Shown: positions 1 to 9,654, numbered from the stretch's first letter. The stretch: 16,760 nt of DNA from Promethearchaeati archaeon (GCA_013166775.1 JABLTJ010000056.1:1-16760); one strand, 5' to 3'. Notes: a model not told the origin generated them from the sequence alone. A program made the numbers and translations.

Positions 1-183
1 ATAGCAAACAAACAAGATTTACCTGGTGCAGTAGAAGCTCCTTTACTTATTCAATTACTTGGATTGCATCTTGATATGTCTGAAAGAACTTTCGCAATCT
101 TTGATGCAAGTATTCTATATGGTAGTGGTGTAATCGAAGCCTTTACTTGGGTAATTAACCAGCTAGAAATTGCAGATAAATAG
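1..183 (+). CDS. Arf/Arl/Sar-like small GTPase, C-terminal 60 aa (5'-partial, missing from the ORF track)
   Basis: Frame 1 reads IANKQDLPGAVEAPLLIQLLGLHLDMSERTFAIFDASILYGSGVIEAFTWVINQLEIADK*. It has the G4 motif ANKQDL and the Arf-type ending (AS..G.G..E.F.W). Confidence 0.9.
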   Translation: MANKQDLPGAVEAPLLIQLLGLHLDMSERTFAIFDASILYGSGVIEAFTWVINQLEIADK

Positions 184-290
184 AAATCCATTAGCATTTC
201 TAGATTTAGAATTACATCAATTTTTTATTTCACATAATGTTTATGTATCACTCTAAGATAACTGTACTTAAACGATTTTAGTAAAAATGG

Positions 291-2024
291 GTGAAAAAAA
301 TGAGTAAAAATAGATTTCATTTGATTTGTATGAATTTTCTAATTGTTCTGATACTTTGTACAAGTTTTTTCAACGCTAGTAATCCTATTCATGCACTTCA
401 AGAAGAAAATTCTTCAAAGCTTAATCTAGAGTATAATGATTTTTCAACATGGAGATGGTCAGATTTAGAATTGGTTTCAAGTGAAAGTATAGATGACTCT
501 TCTGCTCCTTCCTTTGCAATAGATTCATATGATCAAGTTCATGTGGTATGGAAAGATATCTCAGGATTAGGAGGATCATCTGAAGAAATATACTACAAAT
601 ACAGGAGACCAGGATTAGGCTGGAGTACAACTGAGGTTATTTCAACGGAAGGTACTGGTTTTTGTACCCTTCCGGATATTGCAATTGACAGAGATGATAA
701 TGTACACATTGTTTGGCAAGACGCATCAGATGTTGGTGATCTCGGAGGATTAGATTATGACATCTTTTACAAAATGTGGAATATTACAGATGATACTTGG
801 TCTACCACCAAAGTGATTTCAGAAGAGAGTGACCAGAATTCCCAACAGCCAAGAATAATGATAGATCTTTTCCAGAATATACATGTTGTTTGGGAGGACT
901 ATTCTAATTATGATGGTTCTGGATTAAGTTGGGATATTTTCTATAAACGTTGGGGACCTCTATCGGGGTGGACATTAGCAGAAGTAGTATCTCAAGAGAG
1001 TCTTGGATTTGCGTTAAATCCTTCAGCAGATGTTGATATGAAAGGAAATGTTCATGTAACATGGAATGATGGTACCGATTACTTAGGTTCAGGAACTGAC
1101 AATGATATCTTTTACAAATATTGGAATGTAGTTTCCCAATCATGGACTATTGCTGAAGTATTATCTACTGAAAGCGATTTCGATTCCACTTATCCTGTTC
1201 TCAAAGTTGATTCTGTAGGTAATATTCACGTTTCTTGGCGAGATATATCTGAATATCTTTGGGCTGAAGCAGGATATGACATCTTCTATAAGAGTTTTAA
1301 GCAAGGAACCGGTTGGACAAATTCTGAAATTGTTTCTACTGAAACAACCGATGATTCTCATAACCCAGAACTAGCTGTTAACGATTTGGGGCAAGTTTTC
1401 GTGTCATGGACGGATGAAACTAATTTTGGATCTAATGGAATTGATACTGACACTTTCTTCAAAATCAGAGATCCCGTGCTTGAAGGATGGCATGGGTTTC
1501 AAATATTAACTAAGGATAGTACTTCTGATTCATATAGTCCAAGACTAAAACTGGATAGGTATGGTAACTTGCATATGGTTTGGTTTGATGCAACAGCTTT
1601 CTTAAATTCCGATACTGATTACGATATATTCTACAATTCTTTTGGAGCTCTTCCAGTTTCTCCTGCTTTAGCTATTATCAACCCAAATCCAACAGGAAGT
1701 GACGAGATAAGTCTCGAATGGGAAGAACTCTCAGATGCCACTGAATACCATATTTATCGTTCGAGTGAATACATCTGGAAAACTAAAACGTTAACACCAA
1801 TTGGAGCATCAGATTACGGTGGATATACAGATACACTTCCATTACAAGGAACCTACTATTATGTTGTTGTAGCTGAGAATTTGTACGGTAATGGTTCGAT
1901 TTCTGAATGTAGATCTATAATGTATGATGTACCTTCTCTTTCTGAGATATTAATTCCCGTAGGAATTATACTTGGATTCTCGACGATTATGTTTGCAATT
2001 CTGTTGATTAAGCGTAAGAAATAG
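291..2024 (+). CDS. Membrane-anchored surface protein: signal peptide, 7 beta-propeller-like repeats, Fn3-like domain, C-terminal TM
   Basis: Seven ~58-aa repeats of the form P.(I/L)..D..g.(V/I)H(V/I).W.D....D.DIFYK. An Fn3-like segment (LEW...EYHIYRS...YYYVVVAEN) is followed by a TM helix and KRKK. Start is GTG 291 or ATG 300. Confidence 0.8.
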   Translation: MKKMSKNRFHLICMNFLIVLILCTSFFNASNPIHALQEENSSKLNLEYNDFSTWRWSDLELVSSESIDDSSAPSFAIDSYDQVHVVWKDISGLGGSSEEIYYKYRRPGLGWSTTEVISTEGTGFCTLPDIAIDRDDNVHIVWQDASDVGDLGGLDYDIFYKMWNITDDTWSTTKVISEESDQNSQQPRIMIDLFQNIHVVWEDYSNYDGSGLSWDIFYKRWGPLSGWTLAEVVSQESLGFALNPSADVDMKGNVHVTWNDGTDYLGSGTDNDIFYKYWNVVSQSWTIAEVLSTESDFDSTYPVLKVDSVGNIHVSWRDISEYLWAEAGYDIFYKSFKQGTGWTNSEIVSTETTDDSHNPELAVNDLGQVFVSWTDETNFGSNGIDTDTFFKIRDPVLEGWHGFQILTKDSTSDSYSPRLKLDRYGNLHMVWFDATAFLNSDTDYDIFYNSFGALPVSPALAIINPNPTGSDEISLEWEELSDATEYHIYRSSEYIWKTKTLTPIGASDYGGYTDTLPLQGTYYYVVVAENLYGNGSISECRSIMYDVPSLSEILIPVGIILGFSTIMFAILLIKRKK

Positions 2025-2026
2025 AA

Positions 2027-2048
2027 CCTCTCTCTTTCTTTTTTTTTT
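2027..2048 (+). terminator. Archaeal oligo-T/pyrimidine-rich terminator
   Basis: cctctctctttctttttttttt directly after the stop at 2024. Confidence 0.6.
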
Positions 2049-2147
2049 CAAGATTATTTGATAACATATATTAAGAACTGTGATATATTCAAACAAATCA
2101 CATGAAGGTGGCAAGTTCTGTTCAAAAAATCAAATAAGATTACAAAA

Positions 2148-4106
2148 TTGTGCATAGTTATATTCCTGAGTTCTTTTCTGATTTTTAGTATACCAAATAC
2201 CTATAGTTCTTCTGAAGATACAAATAATTTTTTAGACAATTATAACATTTCAGATAATCCAAAAATAAAGCAAATACCATTTTCTCTAGTTGATTTAGAG
2301 GATTTTTGTAATGGTTATATTCTCGACCAACTAGACGAAAACGATATTGGTGGAATGAGTATTTCCGTAGTTAAGGATGGAGAGCTGTTTTTCACTAGAG
2401 GATATGGTTACTATGATAGATGGCTTCTAGAACCTGTTGATCCAAACAGGACTCTTTTTAGAATTGGTTCAATTTCTAAAACATTTAACGCAATTGCGGT
2501 TCTTCAATTAGTTGAGGATGGTATTTTGGATTTGGATACTGATGTTAATGAGTATTTGACAGAATTCAAAATTCCTGATACTTATCCTGAAGCAATCACT
2601 TTAAGACACTTACTCACACACTCAGCTGGATTTGAAGAATCAAGATTTGCAGTAGTTTTAGATTCTCCAACTTATCTGGAACCATTAGAAGAAATTCTAA
2701 AAAACGGAATACCTGAAAGAGTAAGACCTGTGGGTGAATTAACAGCTTATTCAAATTATGGAACAGCTTTAGCTGGATATATTGTTCAATTGAAATCTGG
2801 AAAGGATTTTGCTCAATATATCAAGGATGAAATCTTCACTCCTCTAGGTATGAATAAAAGTTCATTCGAACAACCATTACCATCTGGTTTAGATGATGCT
2901 ATGTCTAGAGGTTTTGATGAAAATAAAATACCTGGTTTCTTTGAATATATCACAGTAATTCCAGCAGGAGCAGGAAGTTCAACTGCAGTTGATATGGCAA
3001 AATTAATGCTAGCTTTAATGAATAATGGTACTTACAATGGAGCAAGAATCCTTGAAAATGAAACAATGCAATTGATGCAAGAAGATCATTTTATTGCCCA
3101 TCCCAACCTTCCTAATGTGAATCTTGGCTTATATGAATTGGACATAAACAATAAACATATTATATCTCATGGTGGCGATACAATCTTCTTTCACAGTTAT
3201 ATGTTCATGTTTCCTGAAGAGAATTTGGGAGTATTTGTTTCATACAACAGTGTTAACGGAGTAATAGCTTCTAGAGCATTCTTCAGTACTTTTGTAAATA
3301 GATATTTTCCATTTCCAGGACGGACTGTTACACCAATGATAGGTTATAATAAAGGACTGAGAAATTTTGCAGGATTCTATGTTCCTGCTAGAAGATATTA
3401 TTCAGATACAGAACATATTAGGGAGTATGATTTTCTAGAAACAGGGTATGAAATAAGCATTTCAAGAGGAAAATTAAAACTTTCTATGCTAAACAGTATA
3501 GACTTTATTCAGATTGAACCTAATTATTTTGTTGAATCAACAGGTCAATACGATTTTAGATTAGCATTCATAAATGATAGTAAGGGAGATATCACGCACC
3601 ATTATATGAACTTCTCCCCAACAGTAGTAGCATCAGAAAAAGTCCATCCACTTTACGAAAAATCAGAGGGATTATCTGTAACCATAGCTGTTATCGGAGC
3701 ATATATCTTCATGTCTTTAATCTTCTGGGCTATTACTGGTTTCACAAATCGTAAAAGGAAGGAAGAAAAAGCTCCTACAATCCTGAGAGTAGCGAAGTGG
3801 ACGGTAGCTGGAGTGTTTATCCTTACTACTCTAATTTACTCTTTATTCCTAACATATTCTCTTTCAACTATACTTCTAGATACAGAACAACTTATTTACT
3901 CTCAAGGGTGGTTAGTAGCTTCTATAATAGATATTATTCTAACTGTAGGTCTAATAGTGTTTACTGGACTTTCATGGTTAGGACTAGGTAAAGTAGAAAA
4001 CAAACCATATTGGTCTACTTGGGGAAAAATAAACTACTCAATTATGGCTACCTTATGTATTGTGTTTACTTGGAGTTTCGGATATTGGAATCTTTTGGGA
4101 ATCTAA
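2148..4106 (+). CDS. Membrane-anchored serine hydrolase, beta-lactamase class C / peptidase S12 family
   Basis: FRIGSISK (SxxK), LLTHSAGF, YSN and HGG motifs. N-terminal hydrophobic signal and ~4 C-terminal TM helices. The true start may lie upstream (see findings). Confidence 0.9.
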   Translation: MCIVIFLSSFLIFSIPNTYSSSEDTNNFLDNYNISDNPKIKQIPFSLVDLEDFCNGYILDQLDENDIGGMSISVVKDGELFFTRGYGYYDRWLLEPVDPNRTLFRIGSISKTFNAIAVLQLVEDGILDLDTDVNEYLTEFKIPDTYPEAITLRHLLTHSAGFEESRFAVVLDSPTYLEPLEEILKNGIPERVRPVGELTAYSNYGTALAGYIVQLKSGKDFAQYIKDEIFTPLGMNKSSFEQPLPSGLDDAMSRGFDENKIPGFFEYITVIPAGAGSSTAVDMAKLMLALMNNGTYNGARILENETMQLMQEDHFIAHPNLPNVNLGLYELDINNKHIISHGGDTIFFHSYMFMFPEENLGVFVSYNSVNGVIASRAFFSTFVNRYFPFPGRTVTPMIGYNKGLRNFAGFYVPARRYYSDTEHIREYDFLETGYEISISRGKLKLSMLNSIDFIQIEPNYFVESTGQYDFRLAFINDSKGDITHHYMNFSPTVVASEKVHPLYEKSEGLSVTIAVIGAYIFMSLIFWAITGFTNRKRKEEKAPTILRVAKWTVAGVFILTTLIYSLFLTYSLSTILLDTEQLIYSQGWLVASIIDIILTVGLIVFTGLSWLGLGKVENKPYWSTWGKINYSIMATLCIVFTWSFGYWNLLGI

Positions 4107-4108
4107 GA

Positions 4109-4927
4109 TTACCCTAAAATTTCTTTCTTTTTTCTTTCATAAAATTCCATCATATTCTTAGCATAGGTCTCATGATAGATGCCTAACTCACGGAATCTTT
4201 CTACAAGGAATCTTTCAAAATATGAAATCATATTATCCATTGTCTGAAATAGATTCTTACGAGTTAATTCCTTTACCATTATTTTATTAAAAGCTTCAAG
4301 TCGTACTTCATCCAATTTTTTCTCTATTCTACGATAATTTTCCCTTTTCCTCTGAGCTAAGGTATCCTCAAATTCAATAAGATATTTACGATAGAAATCT
4401 ACACAATCTAATGCATCCCAAAATTCTCCTCTTCCTATCTTTGAAATAGTATAACTCAATCCCATATAGAAATGCTGAATCTTGTTTCTAAGATCAGATA
4501 AATCTATTTCCCAAGTAAGTTTAGCTGATTCTTCAACCATTTTTGCTAGATGATCATCTGGATCATAGATGATATCTATATTCACTTTATCTGGACGAGG
4601 AAGAGGAGGAATCATACTAAAAGAAAAGTCGACTTTTATTTCTTCTTTTTCATATAAAGTAACATAAGTATAGGGGAAAATAGACATAGCTTCAGCTTTC
4701 AGTTCACCAATTTGCTGTGCAATTAATAATCTGTCTTCTTTCATACTTTTTCTATCATCCTCTGTTTCACATATTATGCTCAAATCTATATCTGAATACT
4801 CATCAGCTGTTTGAGAACCACTAATATAAATTCCTCTAACCCTTTTGTCTTTTATTAGAACAGTATAAGCTCTATCAACGAGATCCTGATGTTTAGGAAG
4901 GTGTGAGAATTTCTTAATTTTACTCAT
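4109..4927 (-). CDS. Pol-beta-superfamily nucleotidyltransferase, aminoglycoside 6-adenylyltransferase/LinB-like
   Basis: GS...DEYSDID motif, third Asp in KVDF, and a helical C-terminal domain with KIGRGEFW. ATG 4927 is preferred over TTG 4942. Substrate unknown. Confidence 0.75.
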   Translation of the reverse strand: MSKIKKFSHLPKHQDLVDRAYTVLIKDKRVRGIYISGSQTADEYSDIDLSIICETEDDRKSMKEDRLLIAQQIGELKAEAMSIFPYTYVTLYEKEEIKVDFSFSMIPPLPRPDKVNIDIIYDPDDHLAKMVEESAKLTWEIDLSDLRNKIQHFYMGLSYTISKIGRGEFWDALDCVDFYRKYLIEFEDTLAQRKRENYRRIEKKLDEVRLEAFNKIMVKELTRKNLFQTMDNMISYFERFLVERFRELGIYHETYAKNMMEFYERKKKEILG

Positions 4928-5051
4928 AACAGCCCTTAGCAATGCTTTTAATATGAATTGTTCGGTGAATACGTAATTCCATAATTTCGAATTCTTGTCT
5001 TTATTATGAGACGTAATATTTAATATCTCATTAAATAAAATAAAACTGGGT

Positions 5052-6173
5052 ATGATAATGGAAAAAGAAATCTTTTACCTACCTGTTGATATTCTTCACT
5101 ATTTCATGATAGATGTTTTCAGAGGTTTAGGCTATCCTGAAGAACAAGCTCAAGTGAGTGCTGACGTTTTAATAGAATCTGACTTAAGAGGAATACCTTC
5201 TCATGGGGTCCAGAGGTTGAAATATTATTACGATAGAGTGAAAAATGAGCAACACCTTATCAGGGATTTTGAGATTATAAAAAACAAAGAAGCAACAGCA
5301 GTAATTGATGGTCATCATGGCAATGGGCATTATATTGCTAAGAACGCTATGCAGATGGCGATAGTTAAAGCTAAGAAATATGGTCTAGGAATGGTTGTGG
5401 TCAGAAATAGTACTCATTATGGTATTGCAGGTTATTATGCTCTTATGGCAACAGATGAGGGATGTATTGGTATAACTGGAACAAATGCACGACCAGCAGT
5501 TGCTCCTACGTTCGGTGTTGAGCCTATGTATGGAACAAATCCTCTAACCTTCGGATTTCCAACCAACGACGATTTTCCCTTTATTCTTGATTGTGCAACT
5601 TCTATAATTCAACGAGGAAAAGTAGAGATAGCTGCGAGAGAAAAGAAACACTTGCACAAAGGTACAGTAATCGATAGAAAGACTGGAAGATCTAGGATTG
5701 ATGCAGCTCAATTACTTGTAGATTTCGTTGAACAAAAAGCAGCATTATTACCATTGGGAGGTATTGGTGAAGAGTTGTCAGGACATAAGGGATATGGTTA
5801 TGCAACAGCTGTGGAAATACTTTCTGCAGCATTACAAGATGGCAGTTTTCTAAAAGATTTAGCAGGTTTAGATATACTAGGAAATAAAATCCATTTCAAT
5901 GTCGGACATTTCTTTATAGCTATAGATCCTGAATTCTTTATGGGATTAGATGCGTTCAAGAGTATCGCAAGTGCGATTTGTGTTGGACTGAGAGAATCAG
6001 ATAAAGCACCAGGTGAAAAGAGAATCTTTACAGCAGGAGAAAAGGAATTTGAAGCAGAAAGAATTGTTAGAGAGAAAGGTGTTCCCTTGAACAAAAGCAT
6101 ACAAGAAGATCTTATTTTCATGAGAAACGAATTAGGATTAGATGGGTATACCTTCGAATTTGAAGAGAATTAA
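5052..6173 (+). CDS. Ldh_2-family (malate/L-lactate/sulfolactate/ureidoglycolate-type) NAD(P)-dependent dehydrogenase
   Basis: DLRGIPSHG, RNSTHYG, GTNPL, DCATS, GHKGYG and GHFFIAIDP are characteristic Ldh_2 motifs. Confidence 0.92.
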   Translation: MIMEKEIFYLPVDILHYFMIDVFRGLGYPEEQAQVSADVLIESDLRGIPSHGVQRLKYYYDRVKNEQHLIRDFEIIKNKEATAVIDGHHGNGHYIAKNAMQMAIVKAKKYGLGMVVVRNSTHYGIAGYYALMATDEGCIGITGTNARPAVAPTFGVEPMYGTNPLTFGFPTNDDFPFILDCATSIIQRGKVEIAAREKKHLHKGTVIDRKTGRSRIDAAQLLVDFVEQKAALLPLGGIGEELSGHKGYGYATAVEILSAALQDGSFLKDLAGLDILGNKIHFNVGHFFIAIDPEFFMGLDAFKSIASAICVGLRESDKAPGEKRIFTAGEKEFEAERIVREKGVPLNKSIQEDLIFMRNELGLDGYTFEFEEN

Positions 6174-6222
6174 TTTTGCTATTCACAATCCTTTTAAAGA
6201 AAAACGTTAATAATTTAAGGAT

Positions 6223-6702
6223 ATGGAAACCAAAATTGATTTCTCTGATACTAGTAGAAAAGAAAAACAACGAAAAAGAAAATTAGGTTTAGTAGTAACT
6301 GCTCTAATTTTTTTAATTCTAGCAATAATAAGTTGGAATATACATTATATCCGTTGGCTTCTAGTTTTTTATATATCTATTTCTGTATTTGTGATTTGTT
6401 CAATTGCGTTTTTGATTCTAAGGAATCGATATAAAGAAAGCTTCCGACCTAAAGAAGAAGCTGTATTAGAATCTAAAACAAAAATAAGAAAATTAAAACC
6501 AATTCTGATTTCACTATCGATTATTGATTTAATTTCAATTGTTATGATTGTTCTATCAGTTCCTCAATTTGATATAATTTGTTCTGGAATGGTTTGTATA
6601 GGTCCCTTATTAACCTTCATTGTTTTATTAATTATTTCAGGTGGATTTACTATTGTAAAATTTGCACAATTTCTTGATATTAGAAGAGTGAGTAGAACAT
6701 AG
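6223..6702 (+). CDS. Hypothetical 4-TM membrane protein
   Basis: 159-aa ORF with four hydrophobic segments separated by basic loops. Confidence 0.7.
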   Translation: METKIDFSDTSRKEKQRKRKLGLVVTALIFLILAIISWNIHYIRWLLVFYISISVFVICSIAFLILRNRYKESFRPKEEAVLESKTKIRKLKPILISLSIIDLISIVMIVLSVPQFDIICSGMVCIGPLLTFIVLLIISGGFTIVKFAQFLDIRRVSRT

Positions 6703-6735
6703 TTCAGAGTTGAACTAAATAAGATAATATAGAAA

Positions 6736-7851
6736 TTAATCCATTATTATCTCTTCAGGAGGAACAAAGGGAAAAACTCTTCTCACTATATCTGAAGCAT
6801 CTTCAAAGATTCCCACTGCTCCATCAAATTTATCAATCGAAGGTTTGTACTTGAGATAAAATCTCTCTGTGAAATGTTTAGCAGCTGTTTGAAGAATGAA
6901 TGAATCGCTATCACAAACTATAAGAGTAGTAAGATTCCTTTCCAGATTTTCAACAATAAGCAGTTTCTTGTCTCTAAAACTTACCTTACGCAAATCTGTT
7001 CTTGCTCCAGTGGTTTCAGCAATCAATGATCTCAAAGCTGTTATAATACCTGAAAAGAGAATATCTTCTCCTATTTCAGGTTCTCCTTTACCAATTCGAA
7101 CTGAATAGAGTAGTAATCCAGCTTCATTAAAGACGAGTATTTTATTTATTTTAGCAGGGAGAAGATAAACGTAGAACGGATTAGCGATAAAAGCGATAGC
7201 TAAAATACCAAAGGTTATACTGAAAGGAATAGCTCCATAAAACTGTAGATTTTCATTAACTTGAATAGTCCATCTTTCAAAGATTTTAAGTGTAGCAAAA
7301 AAGAAACCAATACCAAAGGCTACTGCCATAGCTAAACTTATTCTTCTAAGTTTACGATATTCTACTTTTCTGATATCTTGGATGAAAATATATAGAGCTT
7401 CAGCAAGTACAAAAGCTTGAAGGATATTGAGAATTATGCGAGAACTTCTATATTCTGCAGCTAAAGAGGATTCTAAACCAAATGATAATTCAATAAAATA
7501 GACAGCTAAATATCCACCGAGTAGAACTGATGCAAAACCAAGTAGAATCGTACTGGGTTTTTCACTTCTAATAAACTCCAGATAAAGGAACAAGCCAAAT
7601 AGAGCTATACCCGATGGTATCATATGTATCTCTTGAATAGTACTACTGCTGTTGATTTTTCCGTTCTGTGTTGGGAAAAATATAGCGATTTCTATCAATG
7701 ATTGTAAAACTATAAAGGAGAATAATGTAATGAACCAAGTAAAACCAGTTATTCGATCCTTTAGCCTTCTATACAAGAAATATGCTAAAATGATTAGAAT
7801 AATAGCTAACTGAGCGATTTTAATGTACAATTCTATTAATGTAGCTGCCAT
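6736..7851 (-). CDS. 7-TM membrane protein fused to a C-terminal longin/roadblock-like domain
   Basis: Seven hydrophobic helices in aa ~5-230, then KILVFNEAGLLLYS...LFSGIITALRSL...FTERFYLKY...FDG..GIF, a pattern typical of Asgard longin-like domains. Confidence 0.75.
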   Translation of the reverse strand: MAATLIELYIKIAQLAIILIILAYFLYRRLKDRITGFTWFITLFSFIVLQSLIEIAIFFPTQNGKINSSSTIQEIHMIPSGIALFGLFLYLEFIRSEKPSTILLGFASVLLGGYLAVYFIELSFGLESSLAAEYRSSRIILNILQAFVLAEALYIFIQDIRKVEYRKLRRISLAMAVAFGIGFFFATLKIFERWTIQVNENLQFYGAIPFSITFGILAIAFIANPFYVYLLPAKINKILVFNEAGLLLYSVRIGKGEPEIGEDILFSGIITALRSLIAETTGARTDLRKVSFRDKKLLIVENLERNLTTLIVCDSDSFILQTAAKHFTERFYLKYKPSIDKFDGAVGIFEDASDIVRRVFPFVPPEEIIMD

Positions 7852-7958
7852 CTCTTAAAAGTAGAATCACCTTTTTAAAAGTTTAATTCTAGTAACGTTG
7901 AAATCTGTTTTATCAGTATAAAATCAAAGGGATTTAAGATATTTTTGAGTTTTCTTAC

Positions 7959-8477
7959 TTAGATCTCCTTTTCCATAAAAGTCCAGTGTTCTAGAAACTC
8001 TTTAGGAGCTTCTGTTTCAGGATATGGTTCACGCTGGATAAAACCAAATTTCTTGTATAGACCCTGTGCTGCAATGTTATATGGTCCTACATCCAGATAT
8101 ATTTTTGAAAAGCCAAAATTCTTAGCATCATCTGTCAATTTATCAAGAAGAGATTTTCCTAGTCCTTTCCCTCTATAACTGGATTTTACATACATTCGTT
8201 TGATTTCACAAATTCCTTCCTTAATCTTACGAAGAGCTCCCATCCCAATATAATTATCTCCGTCTCTTATCAAATAGCATATTCCTTTTGGGGGAAAATA
8301 GGAAAAAAATTCCTCTTTATTATTTTCTACATATTCTTCTGGAGTTCCAATTAGTGGAATAACATCTGTGTTAAAAGACTCAATGAACTGATCCCAAACC
8401 CATTCAAAGTATTCAATGTTCAATTTTACGAACGCTGTTTTATCTTGATCAGTTTTGATTGTGACAAAATCTATCAT
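7959..8477 (-). CDS. GNAT-family N-acetyltransferase
   Basis: CEIKRMYV..YRGKGLGK (acetyl-CoA motif A) and AQGLYKKFGF. ATG 8477 is preferred over TTG 8495. Confidence 0.92.
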   Translation of the reverse strand: MIDFVTIKTDQDKTAFVKLNIEYFEWVWDQFIESFNTDVIPLIGTPEEYVENNKEEFFSYFPPKGICYLIRDGDNYIGMGALRKIKEGICEIKRMYVKSSYRGKGLGKSLLDKLTDDAKNFGFSKIYLDVGPYNIAAQGLYKKFGFIQREPYPETEAPKEFLEHWTFMEKEI

Positions 8478-8620
8478 AAAGAACAATATTCTCAAAATTA
8501 TATTAAATTAACTTATTAACGAAAAATCAAAACAGAAGAGCTTTTGTGTATGCTAAAACACAATAAATACTATATCTTTCCGATGTAAAATTAATATAGG
8601 TCTAAAAGAACAGATAATTA

Positions 8621-8977
8621 ATGGTATCCAACACAGAGAAGCAAGATTATGAATTGCTTCTACTTCTCAGTACTCTGGGAGCAAATAAAATCAGAGCAAT
8701 TCTAATCTTAGCTCATCTCTACCCAAAAGCAATAACTGCTACACAACTCTCTGATATCCTCGGATACTCAATGAAAGCAAGAACAATATATCGAGGAATT
8801 CTGGAAGATCTACAGTTAAAGGAACTAATCTATCTGGATAAGCTCACACCCAAAGTAGCAAGTATTAGACTGAATCATGACAATCCTCTGTTGAAAAGGT
8901 TAATAGATTTAGCTAAGAATCATGGGGAAAACTATCAACAAATAATCAACGAACTGATGGTGAAAGAAGATGTCTGA
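8621..8977 (+). CDS. Winged helix-turn-helix transcription regulator (ArsR/TrmB-like)
   Basis: RAILIL...ITATQLSDILG...TIYRGILEDL...LI pattern, 118 aa. Overlaps the next gene by 8 nt. Confidence 0.7.
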   Translation: MVSNTEKQDYELLLLLSTLGANKIRAILILAHLYPKAITATQLSDILGYSMKARTIYRGILEDLQLKELIYLDKLTPKVASIRLNHDNPLLKRLIDLAKNHGENYQQIINELMVKEDV

Positions 8978-9548
8978 AAATAAGAACTATTTGAGATCAA
9001 TACTCAAAGGAGATCCTATTAGCAAGAAATACTGGAAGAAACTAACCTTCTATTCAGTATTAGTGATATTTCTATCTCTACTGATAACATCAATATCTGT
9101 TGTGAATTATTCACCGGAACCAGAAACCTATAATGGGAATGGACTAGAAATATTAACCGTTAGAGATGCTTCTGGAATTGCAACAATAGAGATTCCAAGA
9201 TGGGCATTTATTCTGTTCGTTATTGCGGGACTAGGAGTGTCAGGAGTATTTATTGGGTCTTACCTTGAAAAAACACTTTTGTTTAAAGACAAAGAATGGC
9301 TAACAAGCTGGGATAAAGTTGGAGAAATAAAATACAGAAGATTCGGGAGAAAAGCAAGAATTTCTACAGAAAAAGGGGATATAATAATCTCAAGAGCTAG
9401 CGAAACATATATTTTGGAATTACCTGTCATAGAAAAGAACGATATAACCAAATTTGGATTCTTAAGGATGAATGGAGATTATCTTACACTAACAAGTGAT
9501 GAAGAATTATTCAGTATTTTACATCTATTCATTGCCATTACTAGTTGA
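8970..9548 (+). CDS. Hypothetical 2-TM membrane protein, probably co-transcribed with the wHTH gene
   Basis: Two TM helices and a soluble C-terminal domain. SD-like ggtga at 8959-8963. Confidence 0.7.
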   Translation: MSENKNYLRSILKGDPISKKYWKKLTFYSVLVIFLSLLITSISVVNYSPEPETYNGNGLEILTVRDASGIATIEIPRWAFILFVIAGLGVSGVFIGSYLEKTLLFKDKEWLTSWDKVGEIKYRRFGRKARISTEKGDIIISRASETYILELPVIEKNDITKFGFLRMNGDYLTLTSDEELFSILHLFIAITS

Positions 9549-9591
9549 AATTTTTCAAATACTGGAAGAAAAAGGAAAAATGAAGAAAAAT

Positions 9592-9654
9592 TGAGCTAGT
9601 CGTTAATCATACTGGTTAAGACCCTGTGATCAACTTCATGAGCAGCTAGCTCAC
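9592..9654 (-). ncRNA. Candidate ~63-nt hairpin sRNA
   Basis: Stems UGAGCUAG/CUAGCUCA and GUUGAUCA/UGAUUAAC. Upstream TTTATATA box (9681-9674) and downstream T-rich tract (9590-9567), all on the minus strand. Confidence 0.5.

Noticed and set aside
5000-5039. Imperfect inverted repeat (atgaga/tctcat) in the divergent promoter region
   Set aside because: Short and AT-rich. It could be an operator but cannot be distinguished from chance.
9027-9571. 15-bp direct repeat aaatactggaagaaa (9027-9041, 9557-9571)
   Set aside because: An A-rich match of this length is plausible by chance in 16.8 kb of AT-rich DNA, and it has no associated structure.
9592-9654. SECIS element for the upstream TrxR
   Set aside because: The TrxR ORF has no in-frame TGA (it ends in TAG and both redox motifs are Cys). 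Terminator-like tracts intervene, the core register is imperfect, and the element has its own TATA box.
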